Below, piece by piece: positions 21,353 through 32,011 of a DNA stretch of 64,000 nt. Source of the stretch: an uncultured Planctomycetaceae bacterium (GTDB taxonomy: Bacteria > Planctomycetota > Planctomycetia > Planctomycetales > Planctomycetaceae); the NCBI GenBank assembly GCA_963815195.1, contig CAWFGE010000005.1:1-64000 (forward strand), in the 5' to 3' direction. Each line of letters opens with the position of its first letter. Position 1 is the stretch's first letter. The notes below the pieces were generated by a model that worked only from the letters and a program-made list of their open reading frames with translations, did no database searches and was not told where the DNA came from. The position numbers were made by a program, and so were the translations under genes.

Positions 21353-21804
21353 GACCATCGGTTTTGATCGCCCCTTGGGTGAGCCCCGGTTGCGGGGACC
21401 AGTTCTTCCATCGTCAAGGATCGCACCCGTCGCGTGGCATTTTTCGGAAATTCCGGTTAGGCGGAATGTCGAAAGTCCTCTCCCGAACTGCCAATGGGCC
21501 TTGGTGAGCGGAGGGTTCGTTCAGCGGGGATGTTGCGAAACCTCAACGCAGAAATTATGGCATCCAAATGAATCACGGATGGGCGGAACTTGCCGAGCGT
21601 CCCGCCGCATCCGTGATTGGGGTGGCAATTGTAGGGCCAAACCCGATTAGTGCGGCTCCTCCAGGGGTCGAGCCAGAATCTTCGCACCAGGGCGTCAGCG
21701 CGAAAACGCGCGATGTCGGAAGATAGAGGATGGAAAATGCCGGCCGCGGTTCAATTCGGTATCGCTGAGACCGCATCGGACGATTCGATACGCGCTCCGA
21801 AGCA

Positions 21805-22011
21805 CTACTTCTCCTCGTCTTCCTTGGCTTTCTTTTTCTTCTTTTTGCCGACGACGGTTTTGATCACGCGGACCTTGGGCAGCCCGAGCGGACTTTGGCC
21901 GTCTTCCCAGCGGTCCTGGGCTTTCAGCTGCAAAATGCGTTCTTCCCGCTTCAAAACGTTTCGCGAACGGGACAAGCGGCCTTTGCGGCGTAAACTTTTG
22001 TCGATGGTCAT
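21805..22011 (-). CDS. PVC-superphylum small basic protein
   Basis: [26 protein letters not shown]...[10 protein letters not shown], Lys-rich tail. Confidence 0.9.
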   Translation of the reverse strand: MTIDKSLRRKGRLSRSRNVLKREERILQLKAQDRWEDGQSPLGLPKVRVIKTVVGKKKKKKAKEDEEK

Positions 22012-22173
22012 TGGAGATTCCTGGAAAACCAACCGGGAGATTGGGCGATTATTTGAGAAGCCCGAATTGTAGGAGGTAAGCCCGAGCCTTGCAACCAGAC
22101 GCATGGTATTTCCGTCCGTCGTATTCTATGCTCAATTTTCGCCCCTGTGTGACCTTCTGAAGCGAGGCCGACG

Positions 22174-23091
22174 ATGTCCGGCGAGTTTGAATTCATCGAA
22201 TGGATCCGTTCCCAAGCCGCGGCCTATCCGCGGGTGCCCTTGGGCATCGGCGACGATGCGGCGATCCTCCGCTTTCCAGAGCCCGCGGATTGTCTGGTGG
22301 CGGTCGATACCTTGATGGAGGGCGTGCATTTCAATTACCCCGAAATGTCGGCGGCGCAAATCGGGCGGAAAGCCCTCGCGGTCAATCTTAGCGACATCGC
22401 GGCGATGGCGGGAAAACCGTTGGCGGCCGTCGTGGGGATTGTTTTCAACCGCGGAGAGGGCCAGCACTTCGCCCGCGAACTCCAAAAGGGAATGCTCGAC
22501 CTCGCGGAGACAGTTGACGTCGCGCTCATCGGCGGCGACACGAACACCTGGGACGGCCCCTGCGTGGTCAGCGTCACCGTGCTCGGCGAAGCCACCGGCC
22601 GGGGCGCGGTCCGCCGGAGCGGGGCGCAGGTCGGTGATTGGATCCTGGCGACGGGCGGTTTCGGCGGCAGCCTGGGCAAAAAACATTTCGCGTTTACGCC
22701 CCGTGTGAAAGAAGCCCTGGCGATTCATGAAGCCGCCCAACTGCACGCAATGATCGATGTCAGCGACGGCCTCGCGGCGGATCTCTATCACATCCTGGAC
22801 GAGAGCCAGGTCGGGGCCTCTTTGCAGGCTGATCACATACCGATCAGCCGAGAGGCTTATGACATAACGGATGAGCGTTCGCCTTTGGAACATGCCTTGG
22901 GCGACGGGGAGGATTTTGAGCTGCTCTTTACCGTCTCGCCCGAAGACGGAGATCGGCTGCTCAAAAATCCGCCGGTGGCGGTGCCGATTTCCAAAATCGG
23001 CGTGATCGTTCCCGCAGGGACGTATGAACTCATCGATGAAACCGGCAAAACGAAACCGCTGGAACGCTCGGGTTGGGTGCATGGGTTTTGA
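22174..23091 (+). CDS. thiL: Thiamine-monophosphate kinase
   Basis: GIGDDAA, NLSDIAAM, GGDT, DVSDGL, GEDFEL. Confidence 0.95.
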   Translation: MSGEFEFIEWIRSQAAAYPRVPLGIGDDAAILRFPEPADCLVAVDTLMEGVHFNYPEMSAAQIGRKALAVNLSDIAAMAGKPLAAVVGIVFNRGEGQHFARELQKGMLDLAETVDVALIGGDTNTWDGPCVVSVTVLGEATGRGAVRRSGAQVGDWILATGGFGGSLGKKHFAFTPRVKEALAIHEAAQLHAMIDVSDGLAADLYHILDESQVGASLQADHIPISREAYDITDERSPLEHALGDGEDFELLFTVSPEDGDRLLKNPPVAVPISKIGVIVPAGTYELIDETGKTKPLERSGWVHGF

Positions 23092-23102
23092 TGCGAAGCC
23101 CA

Positions 23103-23164
23103 AGGAGCCGCGCACGAAGTAAGCGGTCGCCCCTTTTCGACCGCTTACTTCGTGCGCGGCTCCT
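23103..23164. repeat. REP-like palindrome family A, copy 2 (perfect 27-bp stem) between convergent thiL and rpoN
   Basis: AGGAGCCGCGCACGAAGTAAGCGGTCG, 8-nt loop, exact reverse complement. Confidence 0.9.
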
Positions 23165-23189
23165 ATTCATAGCGTGACGGGACAGCCGC

Positions 23190-24679
<1,490 letters not shown>

Positions 24680-24833
24680 ATTGGGTTCTCTTTATGAGAA
24701 CAAATCCGATCGCCGGCGGTTTTCATCAGGCAGTGCCTGACACGAACGCGAAGCGTCAGAAAAGGGTAAAACAGGCGAAGAGCCGAACCGATCGTCTGGC
24801 TCTTTGCACTCCGCTCTTGGCTCTCCGCTTTCA

Positions 24834-25460
24834 TCAAAATTGCTGACGCCCGCGGAGGGCGTCCGCGAGCATTTCCTTATTGGCAAACTCTAGCACGCTC
24901 CCCGAGGCGATGCCGCGGGCGAGCCGGGTGATTTGAACATCTTCGTTTTCGAGGAGGTTCGAGATATACAGGGCCGTCCCGTCGCCTTCGAGCGTGGGAT
25001 TGGTGGCCATGATGATTTCCTTGACCCCGTCGTGACGGACCCGGCGGATAAGTTGGTTGAGCGTCAAATCCTCCGGCCCCACGCCTTCCAGCGGAGAAAT
25101 CCGCCCGCCTAGAACGTGATACACTCCCTGATAAACCCCCGCCGCCTCCAGCGAGACCACATCGCGGGGCTGCTCGACGACGCAGACGACTTCTTTATTC
25201 CGCTGCGGATTCCGGCAGATCGAGCAGACATCGTTTTCGGTCAAATTGAAACAAATCGAGCACGGCCGGACCGATGTTTTGACCTGGCGGATCGCCGACG
25301 CCAATTCCTCGGCTTCCGCTTCGCTCGATCTCAGGATGTGATGCGCCAGCCGCTCCGCCGACTTTTGCCCGATCCCCGGCAGCTTGGCTAATTCCTCGAT
25401 CAGATGGCTCATGGCGCGGCCGAAGGGATGCGGATTGGCAGGACGGGAGGAAGCGGTCAT
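24834..25460 (-). CDS. recR: Recombination mediator RecR
   Basis: [14 protein letters not shown]4 zinc finger, [12 protein letters not shown]. Confidence 0.96.
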   Translation of the reverse strand: MTASSRPANPHPFGRAMSHLIEELAKLPGIGQKSAERLAHHILRSSEAEAEELASAIRQVKTSVRPCSICFNLTENDVCSICRNPQRNKEVVCVVEQPRDVVSLEAAGVYQGVYHVLGGRISPLEGVGPEDLTLNQLIRRVRHDGVKEIIMATNPTLEGDGTALYISNLLENEDVQITRLARGIASGSVLEFANKEMLADALRGRQQF

Positions 25461-25527
25461 ATTCGCGAGGACTTCGTCGGTGTGAGTTTCAACAGGATTG
25501 ATAAGGAAACGGCGGTCTGCCAATGAC

Positions 25528-25917
25528 TTACGGCGTCTCGTCGTCGTCCGGCGACTGCACGCCGAACTTGGACATCATTTCGCTCATGCCGGGCATGTTC
25601 CCGGTGAGCTTGGTCATTTCCTCGCCGGCGGCGGCTTTGGATTTTTCCAAGGCCTGGTTGACCGCGGCCACGAGAAGATCCTCGAGCATTTCCTTGTCGC
25701 CGTCGGCCAGCAGGGACGAATCGACGTTCACGCCGATGATTTTCTGCTGCCCGGTCGCCGTGGCGGTCACCAAGCCCCCGCCCGCGGTGCCTTCGACGTG
25801 CAGCTTGCTCAGCCGCTCTTGGACCTCCGCCATTCGGCCCTGCATTTCCTGGGCCTGCCGCATGATTTCCGGGGCTTGCTTGAGAAGCGACGCAATGTCG
25901 CCGAATTTGCCAAACAT
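25528..25917 (-). CDS. ybaB: YbaB/EbfC nucleoid-associated protein
   Basis: [22 protein letters not shown]; lies between dnaX and recR. Confidence 0.93.
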   Translation of the reverse strand: MFGKFGDIASLLKQAPEIMRQAQEMQGRMAEVQERLSKLHVEGTAGGGLVTATATGQQKIIGVNVDSSLLADGDKEMLEDLLVAAVNQALEKSKAAAGEEMTKLTGNMPGMSEMMSKFGVQSPDDDETP

Positions 25918-25935
25918 AATCGATTGACCCTTGTG

Positions 25936-27738
25936 TTATTCCGTTAAATCGACTTCGCCCGCTTCCTCGCGCGGCGCGGCGGCGGGTTTTATGAGGGACT
26001 CCACGTTCACCAGCGAGGCCCCAAACACTTCCATCACCCGGTTGACGAAAGGATGATCTTCCGGACTGGGCGAGGCGATGTTCCGTTGTTTCGGGCGATC
26101 CGATGGTGGCGGGGATGTTTTCGGTTCTTCGGGCAAAAAGCTGATCGAAATCTCAACCGGCCGGCCCGCGATTTGCGAAAGCACCCGCTTGAGTTGATCG
26201 CGGTTTTCCGGCTTCTCACAAATCCTCTTGGAGAAATCATAGCCTTTTGAGAACCGTAAATCCAGACGATTTGGCCCGGAAATTGCTATTGCACCCAAGG
26301 TTTTTACGTGGGTTTTGAGCCTATCTCCAATAGAATCAATAAGTTGCGGCAAAAGATTCTTCTGGAGATCTTCGGGAGATTTGCTCAAATCTTGGACAGA
26401 TCCGCCGGAATCGGCGTGGGATGGCAGTGATTGTTCAGCGTTTTCGTTTTTTTTTTCGGGTGCCGGAGATTCTGACGGCGCGGTTTTTGCTTCCTGGGAG
26501 GCCGGGGTTTTGCGGACCGGGGCTGGGGCGGATTCGGGGACCCCGGCCGGGAGATTGGCGGAGCCGGCGACGGGCAGCGTCAGTTTTCCGTTGGTCCCCG
26601 TGAGGGCTTTGATGACCTGCTGCAGTTCTTCCAGGTTTTCCAAGAGTGAAATCCGCACGAGCGCCATTTCCGCCAGGACCCGGCCGTAGGTCACGCGGGC
26701 CATTTGGCTGCGGGTTTCGGAAAGAATCTGCAGAGCCGCCATCACGGTGCTCAATCCCCACCGCCGGGCGTGCTCGGCTACCGCGTCGCGGTGATCGCCC
26801 GAGACGCTGCTGAAGTTCACGCCTTCCGCGCCGACCGCGATCACCATCACATCCCGCAGGTAGCGCAAAACCTGGTCGACCAACTCCCCCAACTGCACGC
26901 CTTCCGCGAGCGATTCGTCGAGTTGTTTGAGGGCGAAATCGCTTCGCCGATCGATCAAGGCGCCCACAAGACCAATCAGCCGATCGTCGCTGGCGGTGCC
27001 CAACAGCCGGTGCACATCGTCCGCGGTGATTTTTCCATCGGAAAACGCGAGCAGTTGATCGAACAGCGATTGGCTGTCCCGCATCGAGCCGTCGGCCCGG
27101 CGGGCGACGAGTTCGAGCGCCTCGCTCGAAACTTCAAAGCCTTCCGTTTTGGCGATTTCCGCGAGCCGGGCCATGATGTTCGCGGTCTCGATCGTGGCAA
27201 AATCGAACCGCTGGCAGCGGGAGAGAATCGTATCCAAGAGCTTATGCGGCTCGGTCGTGCAGAACACGAACTTGACGTTCGGCGGCGGTTCCTCCAATGT
27301 TTTCAGAAGTGCATTGAATGCGTCCGTGGTCAGCATGTGGACTTCGTCGATGATGTAAATCTTCTGCTTGGCCCGCATGGGTTTGACGTTGACGTTGGCC
27401 CGCAGCGAGCGGATGTCGTCGATCCCGCGGTTGGAGGCCCCATCGATTTCCAGCACGTCCACATCGTGCCCGGCCGAGATGCTTTGGCAAATGTCGCATT
27501 CGTTGCAGGGCACGCCATCTTTGACGTAGGGACAGTTGAGGGCCTTCGCAAGAATCCGGGCCATCGAGGTTTTGCCCACGCCCCGGGCCCCGGTGAAGAG
27601 GTAGGCGTGCGCCACCCGCCCGTGGCGGATCGCGTTTTGCAGAGCCTGAGCCACCGGCTGCTGGCCGATGACTTCATCAAACGCCTGCGGCCGAAACCGC
27701 CGGGCTAAAACGGTGTAATGGGCATTCAGTTCGGGCAT
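25936..27738 (-). CDS. dnaX: DNA polymerase III tau/gamma
   Basis: ARRFRPQ, GARGVGKTS, IIDEVHML, SRCQRF. Confidence 0.96.
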   Translation of the reverse strand: MPELNAHYTVLARRFRPQAFDEVIGQQPVAQALQNAIRHGRVAHAYLFTGARGVGKTSMARILAKALNCPYVKDGVPCNECDICQSISAGHDVDVLEIDGASNRGIDDIRSLRANVNVKPMRAKQKIYIIDEVHMLTTDAFNALLKTLEEPPPNVKFVFCTTEPHKLLDTILSRCQRFDFATIETANIMARLAEIAKTEGFEVSSEALELVARRADGSMRDSQSLFDQLLAFSDGKITADDVHRLLGTASDDRLIGLVGALIDRRSDFALKQLDESLAEGVQLGELVDQVLRYLRDVMVIAVGAEGVNFSSVSGDHRDAVAEHARRWGLSTVMAALQILSETRSQMARVTYGRVLAEMALVRISLLENLEELQQVIKALTGTNGKLTLPVAGSANLPAGVPESAPAPVRKTPASQEAKTAPSESPAPEKKNENAEQSLPSHADSGGSVQDLSKSPEDLQKNLLPQLIDSIGDRLKTHVKTLGAIAISGPNRLDLRFSKGYDFSKRICEKPENRDQLKRVLSQIAGRPVEISISFLPEEPKTSPPPSDRPKQRNIASPSPEDHPFVNRVMEVFGASLVNVESLIKPAAAPREEAGEVDLTE

Positions 27739-27934
27739 CGAAGAATTCTTCCGCAGTGGCATACCATCAGCAGGGGACAGCGAGACTTCGCCGCCCATCA
27801 TATCAACTCGGGAAGTGAGCGTTTAGCCGCCTGGCAGGATTTCTGGCGGAAAGAGGATGTGATGAAGAAGAGAACCCGGCGAACCCAGGAAGATTGCCGA
27901 TTCTGGGGCCAGCGAATCGACCCGGCCCGGGAAA

Positions 27935-28056
27935 GTGGAGAGTGGGACGCCACCCCCGCAGGCACCTGAGAGCGCGATGCGAGAGCTGCTCCGGTTAAGG
28001 CCTGACTCGGTTGACACGGCCCCCACCGCCATTGGAGGTGGCGTCTCACTCTCCAC
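27935..28056 (-). ncRNA. ffs: SRP 4.5S RNA
   Basis: Long terminal stem GTGGAGAGTG..CACTCTCCAC, helix-8 core TCAGG-CC-TTAACC-GG-AGCAGC, usual position upstream of dnaX. Confidence 0.85.
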
Positions 28057-28093
28057 GAATAGACTGGATTCCTCAGCCGAAATGCGAGGATGA

Positions 28094-28123
28094 ATCTTAG
28101 GGGAACGGGATGACCGCGGTCAA
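28094..28123 (-). promoter_or_regulatory. Putative sigma-70 promoter for ffs-dnaX
   Basis: TTGACC-N18-TAAGAT about 40 nt upstream of the ffs stem. Confidence 0.4.
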
Positions 28124-28309
28124 GGGCTTGCACGCCAACTCGGGCTTTGGTGCGGATGTTTAGAGAAGTCGCTACCCTCGTGGGGTGAAAACGTCGTTTC
28201 GCAATGCCGACGAATCCAGGAAGCGGCTCGCCGCACAGGGGGCAAGTCTTTCGGGTCTCCCATTCCAATGGCCGCACATGGGGCAAATCGCCATGTGGAG
28301 GCCCTCCCG

Positions 28310-29428
28310 TCAAGACTTGTCCGCCGGTCCGCATTGCGATTGCCACCTGAGCCAGTGGTCGGCGAGGGTGATGGCGATCATCGCTTCGGCCATCGGGATG
28401 AAGCGAGGCAACAGGCACGGGTCGTGGCGGCCTTTGGTTTGGATGGTCGTCGCTTCGCCGGCGCTTGTGACCGTGCGCTGCTCGATGGGCAGGCTGCTCG
28501 TGGGTTTGACGGCGGCCCTTAACACGATCGGCCGGCCGCTGGTGATGCCGCCGAGCATGCCGCCGTGCCGATTGGTGCGGGTGGTGATGTTCGGGTCGCC
28601 CGGTTCGAAGATGTCGTTGTTCTGGCTGCCCCGGAGTGCCGCGCAGCCGAAGCCGATGCCGTATTCCACGCCCATCACCGCCGGGAGGCTGAACAGGGCC
28701 TTGGCGAAGTCGGCTTTGATCTTATCGAACACCGGCTCGCCCAAGCCGGCGGGAACACCCGTCGCCACGATCTCCGCCACGCCGCCAATGGAATCGCCCG
28801 CTTTGCGGACGTCTTCGATGAGGGCGATCATGTTTTCCGCGGCGGCCGGGTCGGGGCAGCGGATGATGTTCGGCTCGCCGGCGGGCGTCGTTTCGACTTG
28901 TTCCAGCGTCACCGATTCCGGATGAGGAATCTCCGCGCGCACGTCGCCGACTTGGACGACATAACCCACAACCTTACCGCCGAACGCGGCCGCGATGAGT
29001 TTTTTCGCGACTACGCCTGCCGCGACGCGCACCGTCGTTTCCCGGGCGCTGGATCGGCCGCCGCCGCGGTAATCGCGCACGCCGTACTTGGCGTCGAAGG
29101 TGTAATCCGCGTGGCCGGGGCGGTATTTGTCTTTGATGTCGGTGTAATCCCGGCTGCGCTGGTCTTGGTTTCGGATCAAAATCGCCAGGCTCGTGCCGGT
29201 GGTTTTGCCCTCGAACACGCCGGAGAGAATCTCGGGCTCGTCGGCTTCCTGGCGCTGCGTGACGATTTTCGATTGCCCGGGCCGGCGGCGGTTCAAGTCG
29301 GCGAGCAAATCCTCCGCGCACAAAGGAAGGCCCGGCGGGACCCCATCAATAATAACGACGTTCCCCGGTCCGTGGCTCTCGCCCGCGGTGGTAATTCGAA
29401 ATGCTTGTCCAAAAGTGTTCCCGGCCAT
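28310..29428 (-). CDS. aroC: Chorismate synthase
   Basis: GESHG, RPGHAD, GGRSSARET, GRHDPC. Confidence 0.97.
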   Translation of the reverse strand: MAGNTFGQAFRITTAGESHGPGNVVIIDGVPPGLPLCAEDLLADLNRRRPGQSKIVTQRQEADEPEILSGVFEGKTTGTSLAILIRNQDQRSRDYTDIKDKYRPGHADYTFDAKYGVRDYRGGGRSSARETTVRVAAGVVAKKLIAAAFGGKVVGYVVQVGDVRAEIPHPESVTLEQVETTPAGEPNIIRCPDPAAAENMIALIEDVRKAGDSIGGVAEIVATGVPAGLGEPVFDKIKADFAKALFSLPAVMGVEYGIGFGCAALRGSQNNDIFEPGDPNITTRTNRHGGMLGGITSGRPIVLRAAVKPTSSLPIEQRTVTSAGEATTIQTKGRHDPCLLPRFIPMAEAMIAITLADHWLRWQSQCGPADKS

Positions 29429-29513
29429 TTTCCAATTCTAGCAGATTTCCCCTTTGGACAAACATTTCGAAAAATGAGTTCGGTGACTCGAGAGCCCGAA
29501 CGCTGCCCGAACG

Positions 29514-30158
29514 TTATTGGTTTTGATTTTGATTCCGCCGGCCGCGCTGCGGGAATTCGAACTTGTCGCCTTTCATCTTCTCGAAGTTTTCCTTCTGAGC
29601 GGGCGTCAAGACGGCGAGAAGCGCTGTTTCCGTTTTTTCCCGGCGCTCGCGGGCCTCGGCGAAATATTTTTGGCGCTCTTCCTGCGTTGCATTTTGGAAA
29701 TCGAGCCGCTCGGCCGGCTGATTGTCCGCGTCAATCTTCTTGATCTTTTCCTTTTGCGCATCGTCGAGACTCAATTTCTTGGCGACTTCCGGCCGGGTGA
29801 TCGCACTGGCTCCTTCGCGCTGCAGGCGCAACTCGGCGAGCCGTTTTTGCTGTTGTTCCGTCAGCACGCTCTTGACGGTTTCAGCCGTCTTCTTGGCCAA
29901 TTCCTCAATCCGCTTTTGCCGCTCTTCCTGGCTGAGATTCTGAAAGCTGCCCCGATCGGGACGCAGAGCCACCAGTTTCTCTTTTTGTTCGCTCGTCAGG
30001 TCCAATTCCTTCTGCACGGCCTCCATCTGCAAGAGCGCCGCATCGCCGCCGCGGCCAAACCCAAAACCCCGTCCTCCGCGCTGGCGCTGAGCCAGCGCCG
30101 TCGAACTGAACGAACTTAGCACCACCGCCGCCGCCATCGTTACGCAGAACCATTTCAT
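29514..30158 (-). CDS. Exported Spy/CpxP-like helical repeat protein
   Basis: Signal peptide, repeated LTxEQ motifs. Confidence 0.7.
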   Translation of the reverse strand: MKWFCVTMAAAVVLSSFSSTALAQRQRGGRGFGFGRGGDAALLQMEAVQKELDLTSEQKEKLVALRPDRGSFQNLSQEERQKRIEELAKKTAETVKSVLTEQQQKRLAELRLQREGASAITRPEVAKKLSLDDAQKEKIKKIDADNQPAERLDFQNATQEERQKYFAEARERREKTETALLAVLTPAQKENFEKMKGDKFEFPQRGRRNQNQNQ

Positions 30159-30370
30159 CAGCCGTCCCCTTTTTTGCGTGGACCCATTCGTTGCGAGCGC
30201 CGCACGACCATCGCGCGCCGTTATTGCCGGATTGAGCGGAATCGAAGCATCCGCCAGAATAACGCGCGGCGGGGGTGGGGTAAAGCACGCGGAAAGAAAC
30301 GCCTTGAGCATGAGGCGGGCGGGAAGAACTCGCGACGACGAGCGGCCGATTCGGGCGCGAGAGAAGCAAG

Positions 30371-30458
30371 CGGAAGGCATGGGATTCGAACCCACATCTC
30401 CGATGTCGGAGGCACGCATTAGCAGTGCGGCCCGGCCAACCCTATCCGGCTACCTTCC
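30371..30458 (-). tRNA. tRNA-Ser(GCT)
   Basis: CGCA-CT-GCT-AA-TGCG, long variable arm, GTTCGAATC. Confidence 0.9.
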
Positions 30459-30471
30459 AGTCTGTTTTCAA

Positions 30472-30547
30472 TCACCGAGGCGGGATTCGAACCCACAAAA
30501 ATCCCAGGTTCTCGGCCTCTTCGCGTTTCCAGTTTGCGTCCCCGGTC
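30472..30547 (-). tRNA. tRNA-Leu(GAG), degenerate
   Basis: AGG-CC-GAG-AA-CCT, GTTCGAATC; 1-72 mismatch and no U8. Confidence 0.6.
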
Positions 30548-30558
30548 AGAAGAAAAAG

Positions 30559-30627
30559 TAGCGGGTCCAGGGGTTGCACCCGGCGGGTGTGGCTTATGAG
30601 ACCTCACTGAGCACTGGCTCACCCGCG
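30559..30627 (-). tRNA. Compact tRNA with CAT anticodon (Met/Ile2), atypical
   Basis: CT-CAT-AA loop, minimal D-arm GAGC-CAGT-GCTC, T-loop TGCAAC, C1-U72 mismatch. Confidence 0.65.
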
Positions 30628-30702
30628 TCAAGTTTTTGAGTTTGCGCGTTTCGGCTTCACACGCTGAGAGGCTCTGTCAGAGCAAAAATTTGGGTTGAAA
30701 AA

Positions 30703-30765
30703 ATTAGCCGCAGGGGGGGCACCGCCCGCAGGGGGGCACCGCCCGCAGGGTGGTCCGCCCCGGTT
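30703..30765. repeat. REP-like family B copy with internal triplication
   Basis: ATTAG(CCGCAGGGGGGCACCGC)x~3 CCCGGTT. Confidence 0.65.
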
Positions 30766-30857
30766 TTCCTTGGGTTAGAGCGAGTCCGACCGAAAAGGTT
30801 CGCGCTCGCGCTTCGATTTCGTGGCGTGGAACGCTTGAGCCCTTTTCAACAATCGAG

Positions 30858-30938
30858 TGACCAAGGGGAGAGTTGAACTCCCACGCCCGAAGGCACGGCG
30901 TTCTGAGCGCCGCGTGTCTGCCATTCCACCACTTGGCC
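30858..30938 (-). tRNA. tRNA-Leu(CAG)
   Basis: CGGCG-CT-CAG-AA-CGCCG, variable arm, GTTCAACTC. Confidence 0.9.
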
Positions 30939-30946
30939 GAGAATAA

Positions 30947-31018
30947 TGACCCGTATGGGAATCGAACCCATGCCGCGAGATTGAGGGCCTCGCATCCTAG
31001 CCGCTAGAAGAACGGGCC
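30947..31018 (-). tRNA. tRNA-Glu(CTC)
   Basis: CGAGG-CC-CTC-AA-TCTCG, GTTCGATTC. Confidence 0.85.
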
Positions 31019-31058
31019 GAGTTGTTATCAGGATCAGCAATGACGGAGCGACGCGGAG

Positions 31059-31133
31059 TTGCGGGGGCAGGAATCGAACCTGCGGACGCGTGGTTCAAAG
31101 CCACGTATTTCTACCAGCAGAAACTACCCCGCA
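31059..31133 (-). tRNA. tRNA-Gln(TTG)
   Basis: CGTGG-CT-TTG-AA-CCACG, U1-A72. Confidence 0.88.
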
Positions 31134-31175
31134 TTCTGACTTCACACGCTGCTCGATTCGGCACGCCAATTTATT

Positions 31176-31277
31176 GAAATCCGAAGCACGAAATCCGAAA
31201 TCTCAAACAAATTGGGATTTGAAGATTTCCGAACATTGGAATTTGTTTCGGATTTTGGGATTCGGATTTCGGATTTT
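31176..31277. repeat. Heptamer-periodic inverted-repeat element
   Basis: (CGAAATC)-like units on the left, (GATTTCG)-like units on the right. Confidence 0.75.
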
Positions 31278-31320
31278 GCCGCACGGTGTTCGATGGACGA
31301 ATTCACGCCCGGTTTATGAG

Positions 31321-31392
31321 AGGGACGGGCGGGACTCGAACCCGTGCGCTGGTGCTTAACAGGCACCCGCTCTGCCGCTAAGCTACCGACCC
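31321..31392 (-). tRNA. tRNA-Asn(GTT)
   Basis: GGTGC-CT-GTT-AA-GCACC, GTTCGAGTC. Confidence 0.85.
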
Positions 31393-31423
31393 AAACAATT
31401 AAACTGTAAGTCGACAGTGGAGG

Positions 31424-31563
31424 GGGTGGCTGGGTGCAAAGGAATGTTCCAAGACAAAAGGAGATTTGAAGCCTGGGGCCGTGTGAGATTTTTCTCGCCC
31501 GGCCACAGCCCCAGCATTCGCAGTTCAAGCCTTATTCCAAGGGGATTTGCGCCCCAGCCACCC
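31424..31563 (-). ncRNA. Unidentified structured RNA within the tRNA array
   Basis: Terminal stem GGGTGGCTGGG/CCCAGCCACCC plus nested inner stems; strand inferred from the array. Confidence 0.55.
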
Positions 31564-31602
31564 AAACGCTTGGCGTTTGAGTCATCGTCCGTTGGCGAAA
31601 AG

Positions 31603-31677
31603 TTGCGGTGGCAGGAATCGAACCCGCGTCAAGACGGTTCAGAGCCGCCGGCCCGTACCAACACAGGCCCCACCGCA
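31603..31677 (-). tRNA. tRNA-Gln(CTG)
   Basis: GGCGG-CT-CTG-AA-CCGTC, U1-A72. Confidence 0.85.
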
Positions 31678-31681
31678 ATAG

Positions 31682-31753
31682 AGCACCCGGTGGGACTCGA
31701 ACCCACGTTGCCGCATTACGAGTGCGGTGTCCTCGCCGCTGGACGACAAGTGC
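31682..31753 (-). tRNA. tRNA-Thr(CGT)
   Basis: CCGCA-CT-CGT-AA-TGCGG, GTTCGAGTC. Confidence 0.88.
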
Positions 31754-31784
31754 CGGTTTTGGTGGAAAATCCATCCACCCGAAG

Positions 31785-31857
31785 CGCCTCGTAGGGGAAT
31801 CGAACCCCTGTCTGCGGATTGAAAGCCCGCTATCCTATGCCGTTAGAAGAACGAGGC
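31785..31857 (-). tRNA. tRNA-Glu(TTC)
   Basis: GCGGG-CT-TTC-AA-TCCGC, GTTCGATTC. Confidence 0.9.
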
Positions 31858-31875
31858 AAGTTGTCGAGTTTTGAG

Positions 31876-31947
31876 TGGGTTGAGAGGTGCTCGAACCCTC
31901 GTCTGCGGCTTTTCAGGCCGCCGCTTTACCGTCTAAGCTATCAACCC
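31876..31947 (-). tRNA. tRNA-Phe(GAA), first gene of the array
   Basis: GCGGC-CT-GAA-AA-GCCGC; slightly irregular T-arm. Confidence 0.85.
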
Positions 31948-31950
31948 AAT

Positions 31951-31980
31951 AAAAAGGCCCGATGCCAGATGACACCGGGC
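31951..31980 (-). terminator. Intrinsic terminator immediately upstream of the tRNA array (attenuator)
   Basis: GCCCGGTGTC-ATCT-GGCATCGGGC-C-TTTTT. Confidence 0.75.
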
Positions 31981-32011
31981 TGCGATGAGGATTCGCAAAA
32001 ATGCCAAAGTG

